Origin: Macrostomum lignano
Lineage: Eukaryota
NCBI GenBank assembly: GCA_002269645.1
Contig: NIVC01000542.1
Location: 298,609-362,608, forward strand
Reading direction: 5' to 3'
Length of the DNA: 64,000 nt
This document shows, in pieces, positions 41,893-55,842 of this stretch. Numbering within the stretch: position 1 is the first letter of the stretch; every line of letters starts with the position of its first letter. Below the pieces are notes generated by a model. It worked only from the letters and a program-made list of their open reading frames with translations, did no database searches and was not told the origin of the DNA. The position numbers and the translations under genes are program-made.

Positions 41893-44385
41893 CGCATGTA
41901 CATTACGGTACGTACTGTTAACTACTTGCAGGGCCTCGCTTCGCCTCGTTCGGAAGTTTGTTTCAGCATATCCGCCGGCGTTGAAGTTCAGAGACTTCCT
42001 GTACGAAGGAGAATCTGAATAACATAACTGTGCTAATTTCTACGGGACGTTAAAGAGGCATTTGGCAAGATCTGAACGACGCCACATCTGACAGTAGTGT
42101 TACACTAAGTACATGTATCATCTTGTCCTGATGTACCGGTATAGTCGTACATGCAGTGACTTTGCTGTGTTTTCTTATCGCCAAAATCAATTGCAATGTA
42201 CGTATATATAATATCCAGGACCACGAAGAGGCAAGTTTTTTTCGGTCCTGAAATCAGCATGCACCCAGTCAAATAAACAATTTTTCAATAAATTGCATTG
42301 ATTCATGATAGTGGTAACAGACAGACCCGAATCCAGAAAATTTTAGAGGCGCGGGGCCCGCCGGGAGGCAACCTGCGAAAATGATATAGTGTCACTATTG
42401 TAGGTCCAAAAATTGTTTCAGTTGAGGGGGCCATGGCTCGCTGGACCAGAGTAACACAACAAACTTAAATTTTAATACAATGAAAGACGATTCAGATTAA
42501 TAAAATAATTAAAAATTTAATTACAACCAACAAAAATAGTTATAATTTTAACAAAGTCAAAAGTAATTTTGCTCCAAAGATAAAAATTATATGTCAAATT
42601 ACTCCTACTTAGTGACTATTAGCTTAAAAAGCTGTTTATTTTTTAATTTAAAAATCATATTTGCAGCTGAGCACTATGTACAAATGAAAAACCATCTAAT
42701 CACTCTTATTCCACGAAACTGGTCCTCTAATGAAGGCTCAAGTCCTAGGCCTACTTGAAGTTGTAGGAGTAGACCAAGACTATTTAAGTTGAGTCGTCCT
42801 TGTTATAGAGTTGAGCGTTGGCATAACCCTAATGGGTGGTTCTTTTAAGCATCATCTTTTGAAATTGAAGTTAGGCCCTATCATCCAGAAAATTCAAATT
42901 TATTATGAGTGAGCCCTACGCCTATTTGTAGGTCTTAAGGTCTACGAACCCTATGACTTGATTTGTTGTTTTTGCTGTTTAGGTGTTTTGTGTGATAAAT
43001 TAGGCCTATAAATAAAAAAGATTACATTTTTCTATTTAAATTTTTGGCCTAATCATTCCTGCATGTCCTAAGCCTATAGCCACCTTCCGGCTTCTGCCCC
43101 GGCCCACCTAAACTTCTAAAGAAATGATTTATTTATTTTTTTTAATCAAGTTAGGCTTAAGACTAGGCCTAGACAGGATATAGAGGAATAGTTTTGGATT
43201 CCCACTCTAAATTATTATAACTTTTTTTCGCACTTTTTAGCCAATGGCAGGCCAACCTGCAATGCCCACAACCATTTACCATTGTATCTTCTGCAGAGCT
43301 TTAGAACAGCTTTGTCCTGTGCAATCTGGCTGTCAATCACTGGACTAAAGGTATCTGTATCTGTACAATGGTTATGGGCACTGTAGGTTGGCCTGCCATC
43401 AGCTGAAAAGTTCAAAAAAGTTAAATTAATTTTGAGTAGGAATCTGAAACTATGCCAATATAGATACCCTATCAAGAGATTATTTATTTGTTAATTCTAA
43501 TATAAATGATATTAGACCTTAGTTAAGTCAAACTTGGAGTTAGACTAGGGCCTAACTAGTAAACCAAAAGCTTATTTATATAGTTTATAAAAGAAAGGCA
43601 TTTTATGATTTTACTAATCTGTATTCTACATTTAATATGCCATCTATTAGGCCTAGACCTACGTATATAATAATATATTTTTTGTGAATAATATAATACT
43701 TTATAAATAACAATGGATCTTTTATTTAATTTTATCTTAATTAACTAATTAACTAATAAACAACTAATAAATAAACAATTAACTAACAATATATTTAGCA
43801 ACTAATTTTTATTTTCTATTGAAGTGTTTGTACTTTGTCTAGTTGGTCTGGAGATAGCCTGGCAGGTCTTGAAATCCTACCACTGCCACCAGTGAAGTAC
43901 ACACTGTTGTTTGCTTTCCAACCAGTCATTTAGGCTATTGGCCAACTCTCCTAGGAAGCCTCCTAGTTGCTCTTAGTAGCATTGGTTTGGTAGATGCTGC
44001 CACCAGCTTGCTTGGATCTTGTTCTTCAATGAGGGAGACTGCGAGCTAAGCAAAATAAACAAGACTCAGGAAATCAGCATGCCATGTAGATTTGACAATT
44101 AGCACCGGTGCATACCTCATCAGCAGTCTTGCTAGGCTCAAGTGCAGGGATTGGGAACTGTGCTAGTTCTCATTAGCTTGGTTGAGATTATCTGCACAAG
44201 CTCAGTCACATAGTCAAAGATGGATCCAAAATTAGAATGGAGTTTGCAAAGGCTAGCGCAAGATGCGCAAGTCTTATAAGTCAGGACAATGCTTAGTCCA
44301 AACTTATAAAATGAAGGGCAGTCAAGAGATAGGTGAGAGGAAAGGTCAGAATAGAACCAGGGTTGCCAAAACAAAGGCACGAGAG

Positions 44386-45935
44386 TAGTGATGGATCAAA
44401 ATTCGATTTTGATTTTGATATTCCAAATTTCAAAACTAATTTTGCATCAAAATAATTTCAATTTCAATTTCGAATTTTGACACCATTCATCAAAAATCAT
44501 TTTGAAATTTTGGTTATATTTTAACAATTTAGACATTGATGATCATGCTACACAAGTAAGAAAATCTATAGGAAGTGAAAGGAAGTGCGGTTCAAAGACT
44601 CAGTGGGGAGGTGAGAATTGCCTTTTCTACAAGAAAAGATTATGCGGGGCACACGCTTTTCCAGGCCTTGTGCTGCACCCACCTCAACCTCCACAAACCC
44701 ACTGGCTGAACTCATTGGCGTGGATTTTAATTGGCTAAAGACTTAAAGCCTTAATGAAATGGATATAGCTTAAACAGCTTTGGATATAGCTTAAGCTTAA
44801 ATAGCTTAAATGCTTAAATAGCAGTGAAGTATAATATAACTTCTGGCTGATTCCATATAAGCATGGTCGTAACATGACAGGCTATTTTTACTTATAAAAT
44901 GAAATATAATAATAGAATATACTAAACCAATATTTTAAAGGAAAGATAATTTTGTCAAAAATATTTTTATAGAGTTTCATGTAGATATCATCATTAGTAT
45001 AGATGCTATTAAACCTTGAATGGCACTTATGGTTGTAACAACAGGATTTTTGACATATAGAAACTAAAAAACAAAATTTTTGATATTTTGCAATACATTT
45101 TTTAAAATTTGACTAAGAAAATCTTTAGTAATCATACTCTTTTTGTAGAATATATAAACTCAAAAAGGCAACAAAGATACAAAAGAAAAGGCAGCCTTAT
45201 GGTCGTAACATTATGGTCGTAACATATTTTTTTCTGTCAATTCAGTAACTTTAAGGTACCAATATATTAAAAATATAATAGATTATTTGGTCACCAATAC
45301 TTTTATCTGATGATGCAAGTACTATACTTTTATCTATAGTTTGTTTCAACCTTCCAAAGCTTTCTATTTGTTTTTAAAAGGTACACAAACTTAATGATGT
45401 CTTTTGCTTAGAAAAATGTCTAAATTTTTACAAAAATGACTTTTTGCCACTTGATAGCATACTAATCTAACATTTTATCATTCATTTATTCTTAGATTGT
45501 AGATATTACACATAAAAAACATTTGGTAAAAAAATTGGCTGATAAGGCAATGGCAAGCAAAAATATTGACTTTTTTCTATTTTCCAAAAATGTCCATCTT
45601 ATATGGAATGAGCCTTCTACTATATTTCTATGTACGAGTTTAAAATACATAATACACCAGCATTTTCTATTTCGTATTTTTAAAGTAAGTTAAATCTTAA
45701 GTATTCTGGTTTAAACATATCAAATATACTTTTTATAAAACATGTAAGCTCATACATGCAAAGGCAAGGTGTTAACCTTTTTGCATGATTAGCAAAAAAG
45801 TAAAAATTTGTTAAGCTCAAAAAAATTCGATTTCAATTTCAATTTCGATTTCAATTTCAATTTCGATTTCAATTCCAAGGAACCAAAAAAATTGATTTCG
45901 ATTTTGATTTGAAAAATAATTTCGATCCATCACTA
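44386..45935. mobile_element. Non-autonomous hAT-like element (1,550 bp)
   Basis: TIR tagtgatggatc(a/g)aaatt; 8-bp TSD cacgagag (44378-85, 45936-43); subterminal (tttcga)n repeats. Confidence 0.9.
44845..45614. mobile_element. 770-bp DNA transposon nested in the hAT element, 4-bp TSD
   Basis: TIR ggct(g/c)attccatataag; TSD ttct (44841-44, 45615-18). A 4-bp TSD is Sola-like, superfamily uncertain. Confidence 0.75.
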
Positions 45936-47165
45936 CACGAGAGGCCCATACTTATAGGATAGCAGATTGATTTCACCATACAGTGCAATCCCCCATTGCA
46001 CCAGAGTACGCAAGGCTGCTCTCACTGCGCCCCCAACCTGAACCTGGCATGATTCAGTTCTATTTTTAGAAACAAGTGTGACGCCTGGCTGGGGAGGCAA
46101 GATCACTATTCCTAATTTAGAAACTGACACCCAAGATTGCACAAGGTGGCACAAGAAAAGGACAGAGTGCCTAGGGCACATGATCTGCTATTGTACAAGT
46201 TGGAAGGAGAGTACAGCCTGAACACTGAACTCAGACTAAACAAATGCAGCCATACAAGAAAGGGGGAGAGAGGCCAGATAGACAATGAACCAAGAGCAAG
46301 CTAAGCGGAGGAGCTCAGACACTGGGAAGGTGGAGGAACCAGAAAAAGGGGGCAAAGGAGGAAATACAAGTAGCCAAAAGGACAAATAGGGCCAAAGGGA
46401 AAAGGAGAGGGAGAAAGGGAAATGAGAGGGAGAGAGAGAGCTGCAACCAGTGGCAGTCAACAGCTCAAAGGCCGCAGGGAATTGCTAACAAAACTGGGGC
46501 ACCTAATACTAAATTAGTGCTCACTTTACTAGCACTTTTAGTTATGATATTCTCTCGAGTGAAACATTATAAATAAGAAGTACACATACAAATACATATA
46601 AGTTCTGGAACACAATCATTTTAAGACAATTTTTGTATTTAAATGCTTATCATCCTCTAAAACTAAAATAGTATACAAAGTGCTCATTTTACATAGTTCC
46701 ATGATTACTTGAAAGCTACATTGACAAGAAGTTCTATAGTTTCAGAACAAAATCATTTTAAGGCAGTTTTTATATTTAAATGATTGTTATCCAAAATTAA
46801 TATAATACACAAAGTGCTATTATAAGTAATATTTATACAAATAGGCCAATATAATCACAAGTAAATTTAAAAAGTCAATTAGACCTATTAAAAATATAAT
46901 ATTATTAAAATAAACACAATATGATTAGATATTATAAGCTATAGCCATGATTTATAAGTACTTGATATAACTACAATTCAATTATAATATATAATATATT
47001 ATTATATTATAATAATAATATACAAAATTTGCCAAAAGAAAGGCATGAGAGGCCTGTACTTATAGGATAGCAGATTGATTTCACCATACAGTGCAATCTC
47101 CCATTGCACCAGAGTACGCAAGGCTGCTTTCACTGCGCCCCCAACCTGGCATGATTCAGTTCTAT
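45936..47165 (+). repeat. About 125-bp direct repeat pair (45936-46065 and 47044-47165)
   Basis: Five substitutions, all C/T or G/A, plus one 6-nt indel; the first copy is the hAT target site. Confidence 0.9.
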
Positions 47166-47980
47166 TGTAGTTATATCAAGTACTTATAAATCATATATAT
47201 ATATATATATATATAGGTCAAACAGTGGCTATATGAGCTACCATGTATTGTTAGGCATCATAACATTTAATTCTGTGTTATTTGTAATAGTTTCTAGAAG
47301 GTCATACCAATCGATAGCCTTATTTTGTCTAGTCAATGTTGTTGGTCTAGTTTAGGAAAAAATGTGACAAATATCCATGTTTCCTATAAGCTTGACTTTG
47401 ATAATAGCTTTCTAAGGTAAAAATTGTATTCTTAACTAATATCAAGAATAGACTAAGATAGACTGAAACATTTAAACAACTCTAGCAACTTCTTGGTCTT
47501 TACTATCACTATAATTACTCATATTATCATAGAAAAGATAATAAATGCTAGCATAATTCAAAAATGCAGATTGGATATTGTTAGGCTCTAGCTAAGAAAG
47601 ATATTGAAAAATTCACCAAAATACTCTTGTCATGCTAATAATAAATTTAGAAGTGTATTAATCCAACCCATAGAGATACAATGCAGAAAAACCAATGAAT
47701 AAAGATAGTTTAAACTTGTAATAAGTCTATATACCCTTTGGCCTTAAAAAGCATGTCTTTACATGTGTTGTGTCTAACAATTGAAGCCAAACTTGTCTAT
47801 ATAGATCTTTAAACTATGATTATTGTACTGTATCACTACTCACAATAGGAACAATGCTATTCCAGATTTGCCAATGAATTTCTCTCTATTAACAACCTTT
47901 TATAAGCTTTGTTATATACAATAGCCTTTCAAGGTACTAACCAATTGTTGCAATGGAAACCTCATGCTTGTTAAGATATT

Positions 47981-48174
47981 GGGCTGTATGTAGAAAGCTC
48001 TGTCTAGGGTAGTCTGGTCTTGAAAAGCTAGTCTGGACTTGGATTTGGTATGCAGAAACACAAAGTTAGACTGGTCTACTATAGACAGAACTAGGGTAGC
48101 TAGACCATAGACCATAGACTGAACTACCCAAGTCCGGACTAGCTAGTCTGGACTAAGCTTTCTGCATATAGCCC
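47981..48174. mobile_element. 194-bp PIF/Harbinger-like MITE
   Basis: TIR gggct(g/a)tatg(t/c)agaaagct; 3-bp TSD att. Confidence 0.75.
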
Positions 48175-48465
48175 ATTGAGTATATAATCTAGTTTTCAAC
48201 TCAGCTAAAGTCATACTTAAGTTTGTTTTAATGGTTTCTTCAATGAAATCTAGCATCTCTTTTAAACCTAAGTAAATGAGACCTCCCTTATAATTTGTTA
48301 CAATTGGCTGAAAATAGATGCTTTACAAATTTGTACTTAATGGTTGGCAGCTGTTAGAACTGATTGACTATATATTGGAAGTACATGCAAACTGTTAAAA
48401 TTTGTATTGTAGTTTGTTGAAACTGGTTGAAAACCAAAGCTGCCACAGCCAAAAAGGGTCAGAAT

Positions 48466-48759
48466 CAGATGCCAAACCTATTAAAATTGGTTGCAGGTAT
48501 TTCAAAACTGAAAGTGAAAAGGTGTATGGTTTAATTAACTTTATACTAATGGAATCCCATATGCAGATGCCAAACCTATTAAAATTGGTTACAGGTATTT
48601 CAAAACTGAAAGTGAAAAGGTGTATGGTTTAATTAACTTTATACTAATGGAATCCCATATGCAGATGCCAAACCTATTAAAATTGGTTACAGGTATTTCA
48701 AAACTGAAAGTGAAAAGGTGTATGGTTTAATTAACTTTATACTAATGGAATCCCATATG
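48466..48759. repeat. 98-bp tandem triplication
   Basis: cagatgccaaacctattaaaattgg.. at 48466, 48564, 48662. Confidence 0.93.
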
Positions 48760-49478
48760 CTAAAAATGAGTTTTTTGGGTATGCAGTAGATTTCAGAAAA
48801 AAATTCAGACAAATATTCTAAAGTGGAGTATAAGATGTTTTGTCTAGAGTTTTTATTTAAGTAAGTCTTTTTGTCTAAGAAAGATTGTCATTTGAAAAGT
48901 ATAATATTTTATCTTAACTTTGGGAATTAGTCTAAAAATACTTAATTTCATTTATAATCTCATTTTAGCCACAATTTGTATTCTACCATTTTGGGCTTGT
49001 AGTCTAGATCATAATAAATTTATTCTAGGAACAAATTCTCAATATGCATGGCAATGCATGGGGAAAAGAAATAAAACATTAGAGTGTTGCAACTGGCTAC
49101 TGGAGCAAAGAAGTATTTTTAAAATTAAGTTGCATGGCCAGTGTAAACTAGTATGGTTTTGAATGTGTGACTTACCAACCAAGGCTTTTCTAAGGCTAAA
49201 TGTGCACAGGCACATATTGCAACCCAAAAAATCATAAGTTTTTATTTTACACTAGAAATTTCTAGCATAATTGGCTAGTGGTTTGTTTTAAACTTATATG
49301 TGACTGTTTTATATGTAGTGACTGTTTCACATAGCCAGTGAGTCAATATACACAACTAAATCTTATCCAGATTTAAATGAGACACAAAAATCTTCTTTCT
49401 TGTTTTGTCAGATCCCCAATGCACAACTTTCTCTAACTCGCGCTTATCTCCTGCTCCTCAGCTCTTAGCGGTCTCAAC

Positions 49479-49973
49479 ATGCCCGACTACCTCGGTGCCG
49501 ACCAGCGCAAGGTGAAGGACGACAAAGCCTCCGCCGTGCCCGCCAAGGACCTGGACGAGGGCGACATCGCCCTGATGAAGACCTACGGCGCTGCTCCGTA
49601 CAGCGAGGAGACCAAGAAGTGCCAGGAGGACATGGACGCCATCATGAAGCGAGTCATCGAGCTGACGGGCATCAAGGAGTCCGACACGGGCCTGGCGCCG
49701 CCCGCCCACTGGGACCTGGCAGCGGACAAGCTCGCCCTGCAGAACGAGACCCCGCTGCAGGTGGCCCGCTGCACAAAGATCATCAACGCGGATTCAGACG
49801 ACCCGAAGTACATCATCAACGTGAAGCAGTACGCCAAGTTTGTCTCCAACCTGGCTGACACCGTCGCTCCCACCGACATCGAGGAGGGCATGCGGGTCGG
49901 CGTGGACCGGAACAAATTTCAGATCCACATCCCGCTGCCGCCCAAAATTGATCCCAGCGTCACCATGATGCAG
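49479..49973 (+). CDS. PSMC2: 26S proteasome ATPase Rpt1, exon 1
   Basis: [41 protein letters not shown]|gtgcga. Confidence 0.97.
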
Positions 49974-50015
49974 GTGCGATTAGAACCCATGTGCTTCGTT
50001 TCGAGTATTAGGTAT

Positions 50016-50567
50016 CCGGCCCTCAGTTCTTCTGCGTGCATTGCTGCCCCAGCCCTCAGTTCTTCAGCATCCATTGCTGCCCGAGCCCTCAGTTCTTCAG
50101 CATCCATTGCTGTCCCAGCCCTCAGTTCTTCAGCATCCATTGCTGCCCCTGCTGCCCCAGCCCTCAGTTCTTCAGCATCCATTGCTGCCCCAGCCCTCAG
50201 TTCTTCAGCATCCATTGCTGCCCCAGCCCTCAGTTCTTCAGCATCCATTGCTGCCCCAGCCCTCAGTTCTTCAGCATCCATTGCTGCCCCTGCTGCCCCA
50301 GCCCTCAGTTCTTCAGCATCCATTGCTGCCCAGCCCTCAGTTCTTCAGCATCCATTGCTGCCCCAGCCCTCAGTTCTTCAGCATCCATTGCTGCCCCAGC
50401 CCTCAGTTCTTCAGCATCCATTGCTGCCCCAGCCCTCAGTTCTTCAGCATCCATTGCTGCCCAGCCCTCAGTTCTTCAGCATCCATTGCTGCCCCAGCCC
50501 TCAGTTCTTCAGCATCCATTGCTGCCCCAGCCCTCAGTTCTTCAGCATGCATTGCTGCCCCAGCCTC
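50016..50567. repeat. 33-nt (32 and 42 variants) minisatellite in PSMC2 intron 1
   Basis: Unit ccagccctcagttcttcagcatccattgctgcc. Confidence 0.96.
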
Positions 50568-50642
50568 TTTATGATTGGCCTCAAAACTTACGCTTTGCCG
50601 TGTGCGCCCCAGCTTCACCAGTCCGTTTCCTTGCCCGCTTAG

Positions 50643-51373
<731 letters not shown>

Positions 51374-51407
51374 CAGCAGGTGTACCTGTGGACCCTCCGC
51401 CCCGCAG

Positions 51408-51761
51408 GTGCTAATGGCCACGAACCGGCCGGACACGTTGGACCCGGCGCTGGTCCGGCCAGGCCGGCTGGACCGGAAGGTGGAGTTCAGCCTGCCGGAC
51501 ATGGAGGGCCGCACCAACATCTTCCGCATCCACGCGCGCGCCATGTCCGTGGAGAAGGACATCCGGTATGAGCTGCTGGCCCGGCTGACGCCCAACAGCA
51601 CCGGCGCAGAGATCCGGTCGGTGTGCACCGAGGCCGGCATGTTCGCCATCCGCGCCAGGCGCAAGATGGCCACTGAGAAGGACTTCCTCGAGGCCGTCAA
51701 CAAAGTGATCAAGGCGTACGCCAAGTTCTCCGCCACGCCCAAGTACATGACTTACAACTAG
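51408..51761 (+). CDS. PSMC2: 26S proteasome ATPase Rpt1, exon 3 (spliced total 433 aa)
   Basis: ccgcag|[37 protein letters not shown]. Confidence 0.98.
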   Translation: MLMATNRPDTLDPALVRPGRLDRKVEFSLPDMEGRTNIFRIHARAMSVEKDIRYELLARLTPNSTGAEIRSVCTEAGMFAIRARRKMATEKDFLEAVNKVIKAYAKFSATPKYMTYN

Positions 51762-52407
51762 ATAACTGCTGTACTCTGTCACCATGGTTACCAACTCAAC
51801 CAGTTGAAAGTTCGGGTAGCGTCTCTTTATTTCGTACAATGTATATCCTGCAGTAGTGGATTTTCTGTTTACCGCAATAGCAAGCGCTGGTTCGTACGCT
51901 CGGAGCAGCAAACGGACTCAGCTGTAGAGTTGCCCGCAATCTCTCACGATTCTGTTAATTCCCCTGGAGTCCTCTGACAGTTTTGCCCAGCTGTGAACCA
52001 ACTGCGCCCTAATTGAATAATAATACTTATGCGGTTTTCTGTACCACTCACTTTTCGGCTTGTATTCCAGCTAATTCACCCCAACTACATGGGCCCTACA
52101 TTATTAATACTGCTAGTTATGCCTTTCCACTGATATGCTTTGGTGTTCAAATAATTTGTGGTCTGAATAATTAGAACTCCTGCGAATGTACGAAAACCTT
52201 AATAACATGCTTTTTGCCGCGCTGCGTTTTGCTTTCCAAGCGCTGCTGTCCTGCACAGCCTCAGCCTTTCTTCGTGGCTTATTTTGTAACTGCTTTAGTG
52301 AGAGTATAGGAGGAGTTCCGAAGATTTATGACATCGACAAGTGCTAAACCATTCTCAGTCTGTAGTATTCACATGACCAGTCTGCTGCATTTACTTTCCC
52401 CAATCCG

Positions 52408-54054
52408 CAGCATTCACTGTCCTTAGTCTGCAGCATTCACATAGGCAGTCTGCAGAATTCACATAGACAGTCTGCAGAATTCACATAGACAGTCTGCAGC
52501 ATTCACATAGGCAGTCTGCAGCATTCACATAGGCAGTCTGCAGCATTCACATAGGCAGTCTGCAGAATTCACATAGGCAGTCTGCAGAATTCACATAGGC
52601 AGTCTGCAGCATTCACATAGGCAGTCTGCATCATTCACATAGGCAGTCTGCATCATTCACATAGGCATTCTGCAGCATTCATAATCCTTAGTCTGCAGAA
52701 TTCACAGTCCTTAGTCTAACATTCAACATTCACAGTACCAGCCTGCTGCATTCAGAGTCATTCACCGTAGTAGCCTGCTGCATTCACAGTACCAGCCTGC
52801 TGCATTCACAGTACCAGCCTGCTACATTCATAGTCATTCACCGTAGTAGCCTGCTGCATTCACAGTACCAGCCTGCTGCATTCATAGTCATTCACCGTAG
52901 TAGCCTGCTGCATTCACAGTACCAGCCTGCTGCATTCACAGTACCAGCCTGCTACATTCATAGTCATTCACAGTACCAGCCTGCTACATTCAAGGTCATT
53001 CACAATACCAGCCTGCTACATTCACAGTACCAGCCTGCTGCATTCACAGTACCAGCCTGCTACATTCACAGTACCAGCCTGCTGCATTCATAGTCATTCA
53101 CAGTACCAGCCTGCTGCATTCATAGTCATTCACAGTACCAGCCTGCTGCATTCATAGTCATTCACAGTACCAGCCTGCTGCATTCATAGTCATTCACAGT
53201 ACCAGCCTGCTGCATTCATAGTCATTCACAGTACCAGCCTGCTACATTCACCTGCTACATTCATAGTCATTCACAGTACCAGCCTGCTGCATTCATAGTC
53301 ATTCACAATACCAGCCTGCTACATTCACCTGCTACATTCATAGTCATTCACAATACCAGCCTGCTACATTCACCTGCTACATTCATAGTCATTCACAATA
53401 CCAGCCTGCTACATTCACCTGCTACATTCATAGTCATTCGCAATACCAGCCTGCTACATTCACCTGCTACATTCATAGTCATTCGCAATACCAGCCTGCT
53501 ACATTCATAGTCATTCACAATACCAGCCTGCTACATTCATAGTCATTCACAATACCAGCCTGCTGCATTCACCTGCTACATTCATAGTCATTCACAGTAC
53601 CAGCCTGCTACATTCATAGTCATTCACAGTACCAGCCTGCTACATTCATAGTCATTCACAATACCAGCCTGCTACATTCATAGTCATTCACAATACCAGC
53701 CTGCTACATTCATAGTCATTCACAATACCAGCCTGCTGCATTCACCTGCTACATTCATAGTCATTCACAGTACCAGCCTGCTACATTCATAGTCATTCAC
53801 AGTACCAGCCTGCTACATTCATAGTCATTCACAGTACCAGCCTGCAACATTCACAGTACCAGCCTGCTACATTCACAGTACCAGCCTGCTACATTCACAG
53901 TACCAGCCTGCTACATTCACAGTACCAGCCTGCTACATTCACAGTACCAGCCTGCAACATTCACAGTACCAGCCTGCTACATTCACAGTACCAGCCTGCT
54001 ACATTCACAGTACCAGCCTGCTACATTCACAGTACCAGCCTGCTACATTCACAG
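52408..54054. repeat. Compound 22-nt-based minisatellite
   Basis: Type A cattcacataggcagtctgcag (52408-52700) grading into type B attcacagtaccagcctgctac with short inserts such as attcatagtc (52727-54054). Confidence 0.95.
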
Positions 54055-54064
54055 TCCCGAATCC

Positions 54065-54456
54065 ATGCTCCAGATCTCCATGACAAAGCCGCCTTCCCAG
54101 GCCACGCCAGCGCCGCAGCAAACGCAGGCTCGTCGTCACGCCCTTCGCCCGGCGCTGCGCAAGTCGGCGCTGACTGCCTTGGCGGCGGTCGGCCGGCGGG
54201 CGCCCCGCTGCCTGAGCCAGTGCGTGGTGCGCAGCCTGCGGGAGAACAACCGGGCCCTGGCCCAGGAGCGCGGCTGCCACCTGGCGGAGATCGCGCAGCT
54301 CAACCAGCAGGTTCGCCACCTGCAGGCGGAGAACCTGCGGCTCCAGCAGCAAGTGACTGCGCTGAAGGAGGGCGCCGGGGGGCAGCAGCAGCTGCTCGGC
54401 GGCTCCCTCTATGAGCTGCACTCTCACAATGTGCGCGCTCTGGACTGCCTGTACAG
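54065..54456 (+). CDS. Shugoshin-like protein, exon 1 (may be preceded by an upstream exon via the acceptor at 54054)
   Basis: SLRENNRALAQE..LNQQVRHLQAENLRLQQQV resembles the shugoshin N-terminal coiled coil (NNxxLAxAL); donor AG|gtgggc, phase 2. Confidence 0.65.
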
Positions 54457-54695
54457 GTGGGCAACCCGCTGCTCCTCATCCTTTGAGGCGTTTCACAACC
54501 GCTCTAGTGAAAGTAACCAGCCCGAAATTTTGGATAGTGTGAAATTTGTAGCTTGTGAAAGCAAACTATCTTGCTTCTACTTCTCTCGTGGTCACCTCAG
54601 TTGCTGGGCCACCGCCACCCTCCCAGATTCCCATTCCCTTGCTAATACAGCTTCATCTTTAGCAGTTCCACTGCCCCACTACCCGCCTGGCTCAG

Positions 54696-55113
54696 GTCGG
54701 TCACAGCCAGCCAGAAGCTGTTGGCCACTGTCGAGTCCGAGTACGAACGACCGCTGGAAGCCTCGGTGGCCACCATCGGTGAGCAGCTCAGCGTGTTGCT
54801 CACGGCCTACACGGATCCGTTCTCACAGCGAGACCTGATCCGCCGCAGCCCCCTGCGGCCGCTCAACTTTACCTCGGCCTGCAGCCAGCAGACGGCAGCT
54901 GCGGCTGCGGCGTCGTCAGGACCGTCAGCCGAGGCGTCGCTGTTTGCTGCGCAGCCGGCGTCGAAACCGGAGCTGCCGAAACCGGAGCTGCCGAAACCGG
55001 AGCTGCCGGAACAGAAGCCGCCGAAACCGGAGCCGCCGAAACCGGAGCTGCCGAAACCGGAGCTGCCGGAACAGAAGCCGTCAAAACCGGGGCCACCGAA
55101 ACAGAGAAAACAG
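54696..55113 (+). CDS. Shugoshin-like protein, exon 2 (contains KPELP repeats)
   Basis: ggctcag| phase 2; ends CAG|gtgctg, phase 0. Confidence 0.7.
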
Positions 55114-55395
55114 GTGCTGTTGTCGTTTTTTATTTTGTTTGAATTCGCGATTTATTCGTAGCCCAAAGTTAATTCTAGAAGTGATTTTCTTTAAAATTTT
55201 TGTGGCTTGAATTCGAAAGCAGCGCCTTGTCGATCCTTATGGAGCAAAGAAGATTGTCGAACAGTTCCGTCGCATCAATTTTTTCGGTTTTATCTTCAGC
55301 CTGGTAACCTATCGTCAGAAGGTTATTGAATGTTGGTGATCTTGAAGTACCTGCGGCTATTAAGCTACTGTAAATAATTGAATTCCTTTTGTCAG

Positions 55396-55842
55396 GAGCC
55401 GCAACCGGAAGCCAAGCCGCAAGCTGCTAAATCCGCCGTTAAGCGGCGTAACTCAGCCGCCAAAGCCGCCAAGGAGCCGCCGGCCGAGGACCCGTTCTCG
55501 AGTCGTCCGCGTCTTACGCGAACGCCGCCTCGACCGTCGGGCGCCGCTGGCGGAGGCGCTGCGGCCGGTCGAGCCAAACGCGGCGCCGCCAAGCGGGCGC
55601 CTGCACCGGCCGCTTCGCTGGCGACGGCTGCGGCTTCAACGGCGGCTCCGCCAAAGCGCCGCGCCCGACGCGAAGTTGTTGTCGACGTCAAGGTGGAGTC
55701 TTGCGCCGCTGGCGACGACGTTTTTGAGCCGCGCAGCAGCGTTGTCGACGGCGCCGGGCTGCCGCCAACGCTGCAGGGCTTCCGCGACGGGCAGCAGCGC
55801 CAGAGGCCGCTGCGCAGGGGACGCCGTGCCGCTGCAAAGTGA
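55396..55842 (+). CDS. Shugoshin-like protein, exon 3 (basic, disordered)
   Basis: tttgtcag| phase 0; ends RPLRRGRRAAAK*. Confidence 0.7.
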   Translation, partial: EPQPEAKPQAAKSAVKRRNSAAKAAKEPPAEDPFSSRPRLTRTPPRPSGAAGGGAAAGRAKRGAAKRAPAPAASLATAAASTAAPPKRRARREVVVDVKVESCAAGDDVFEPRSSVVDGAGLPPTLQGFRDGQQRQRPLRRGRRAAAK

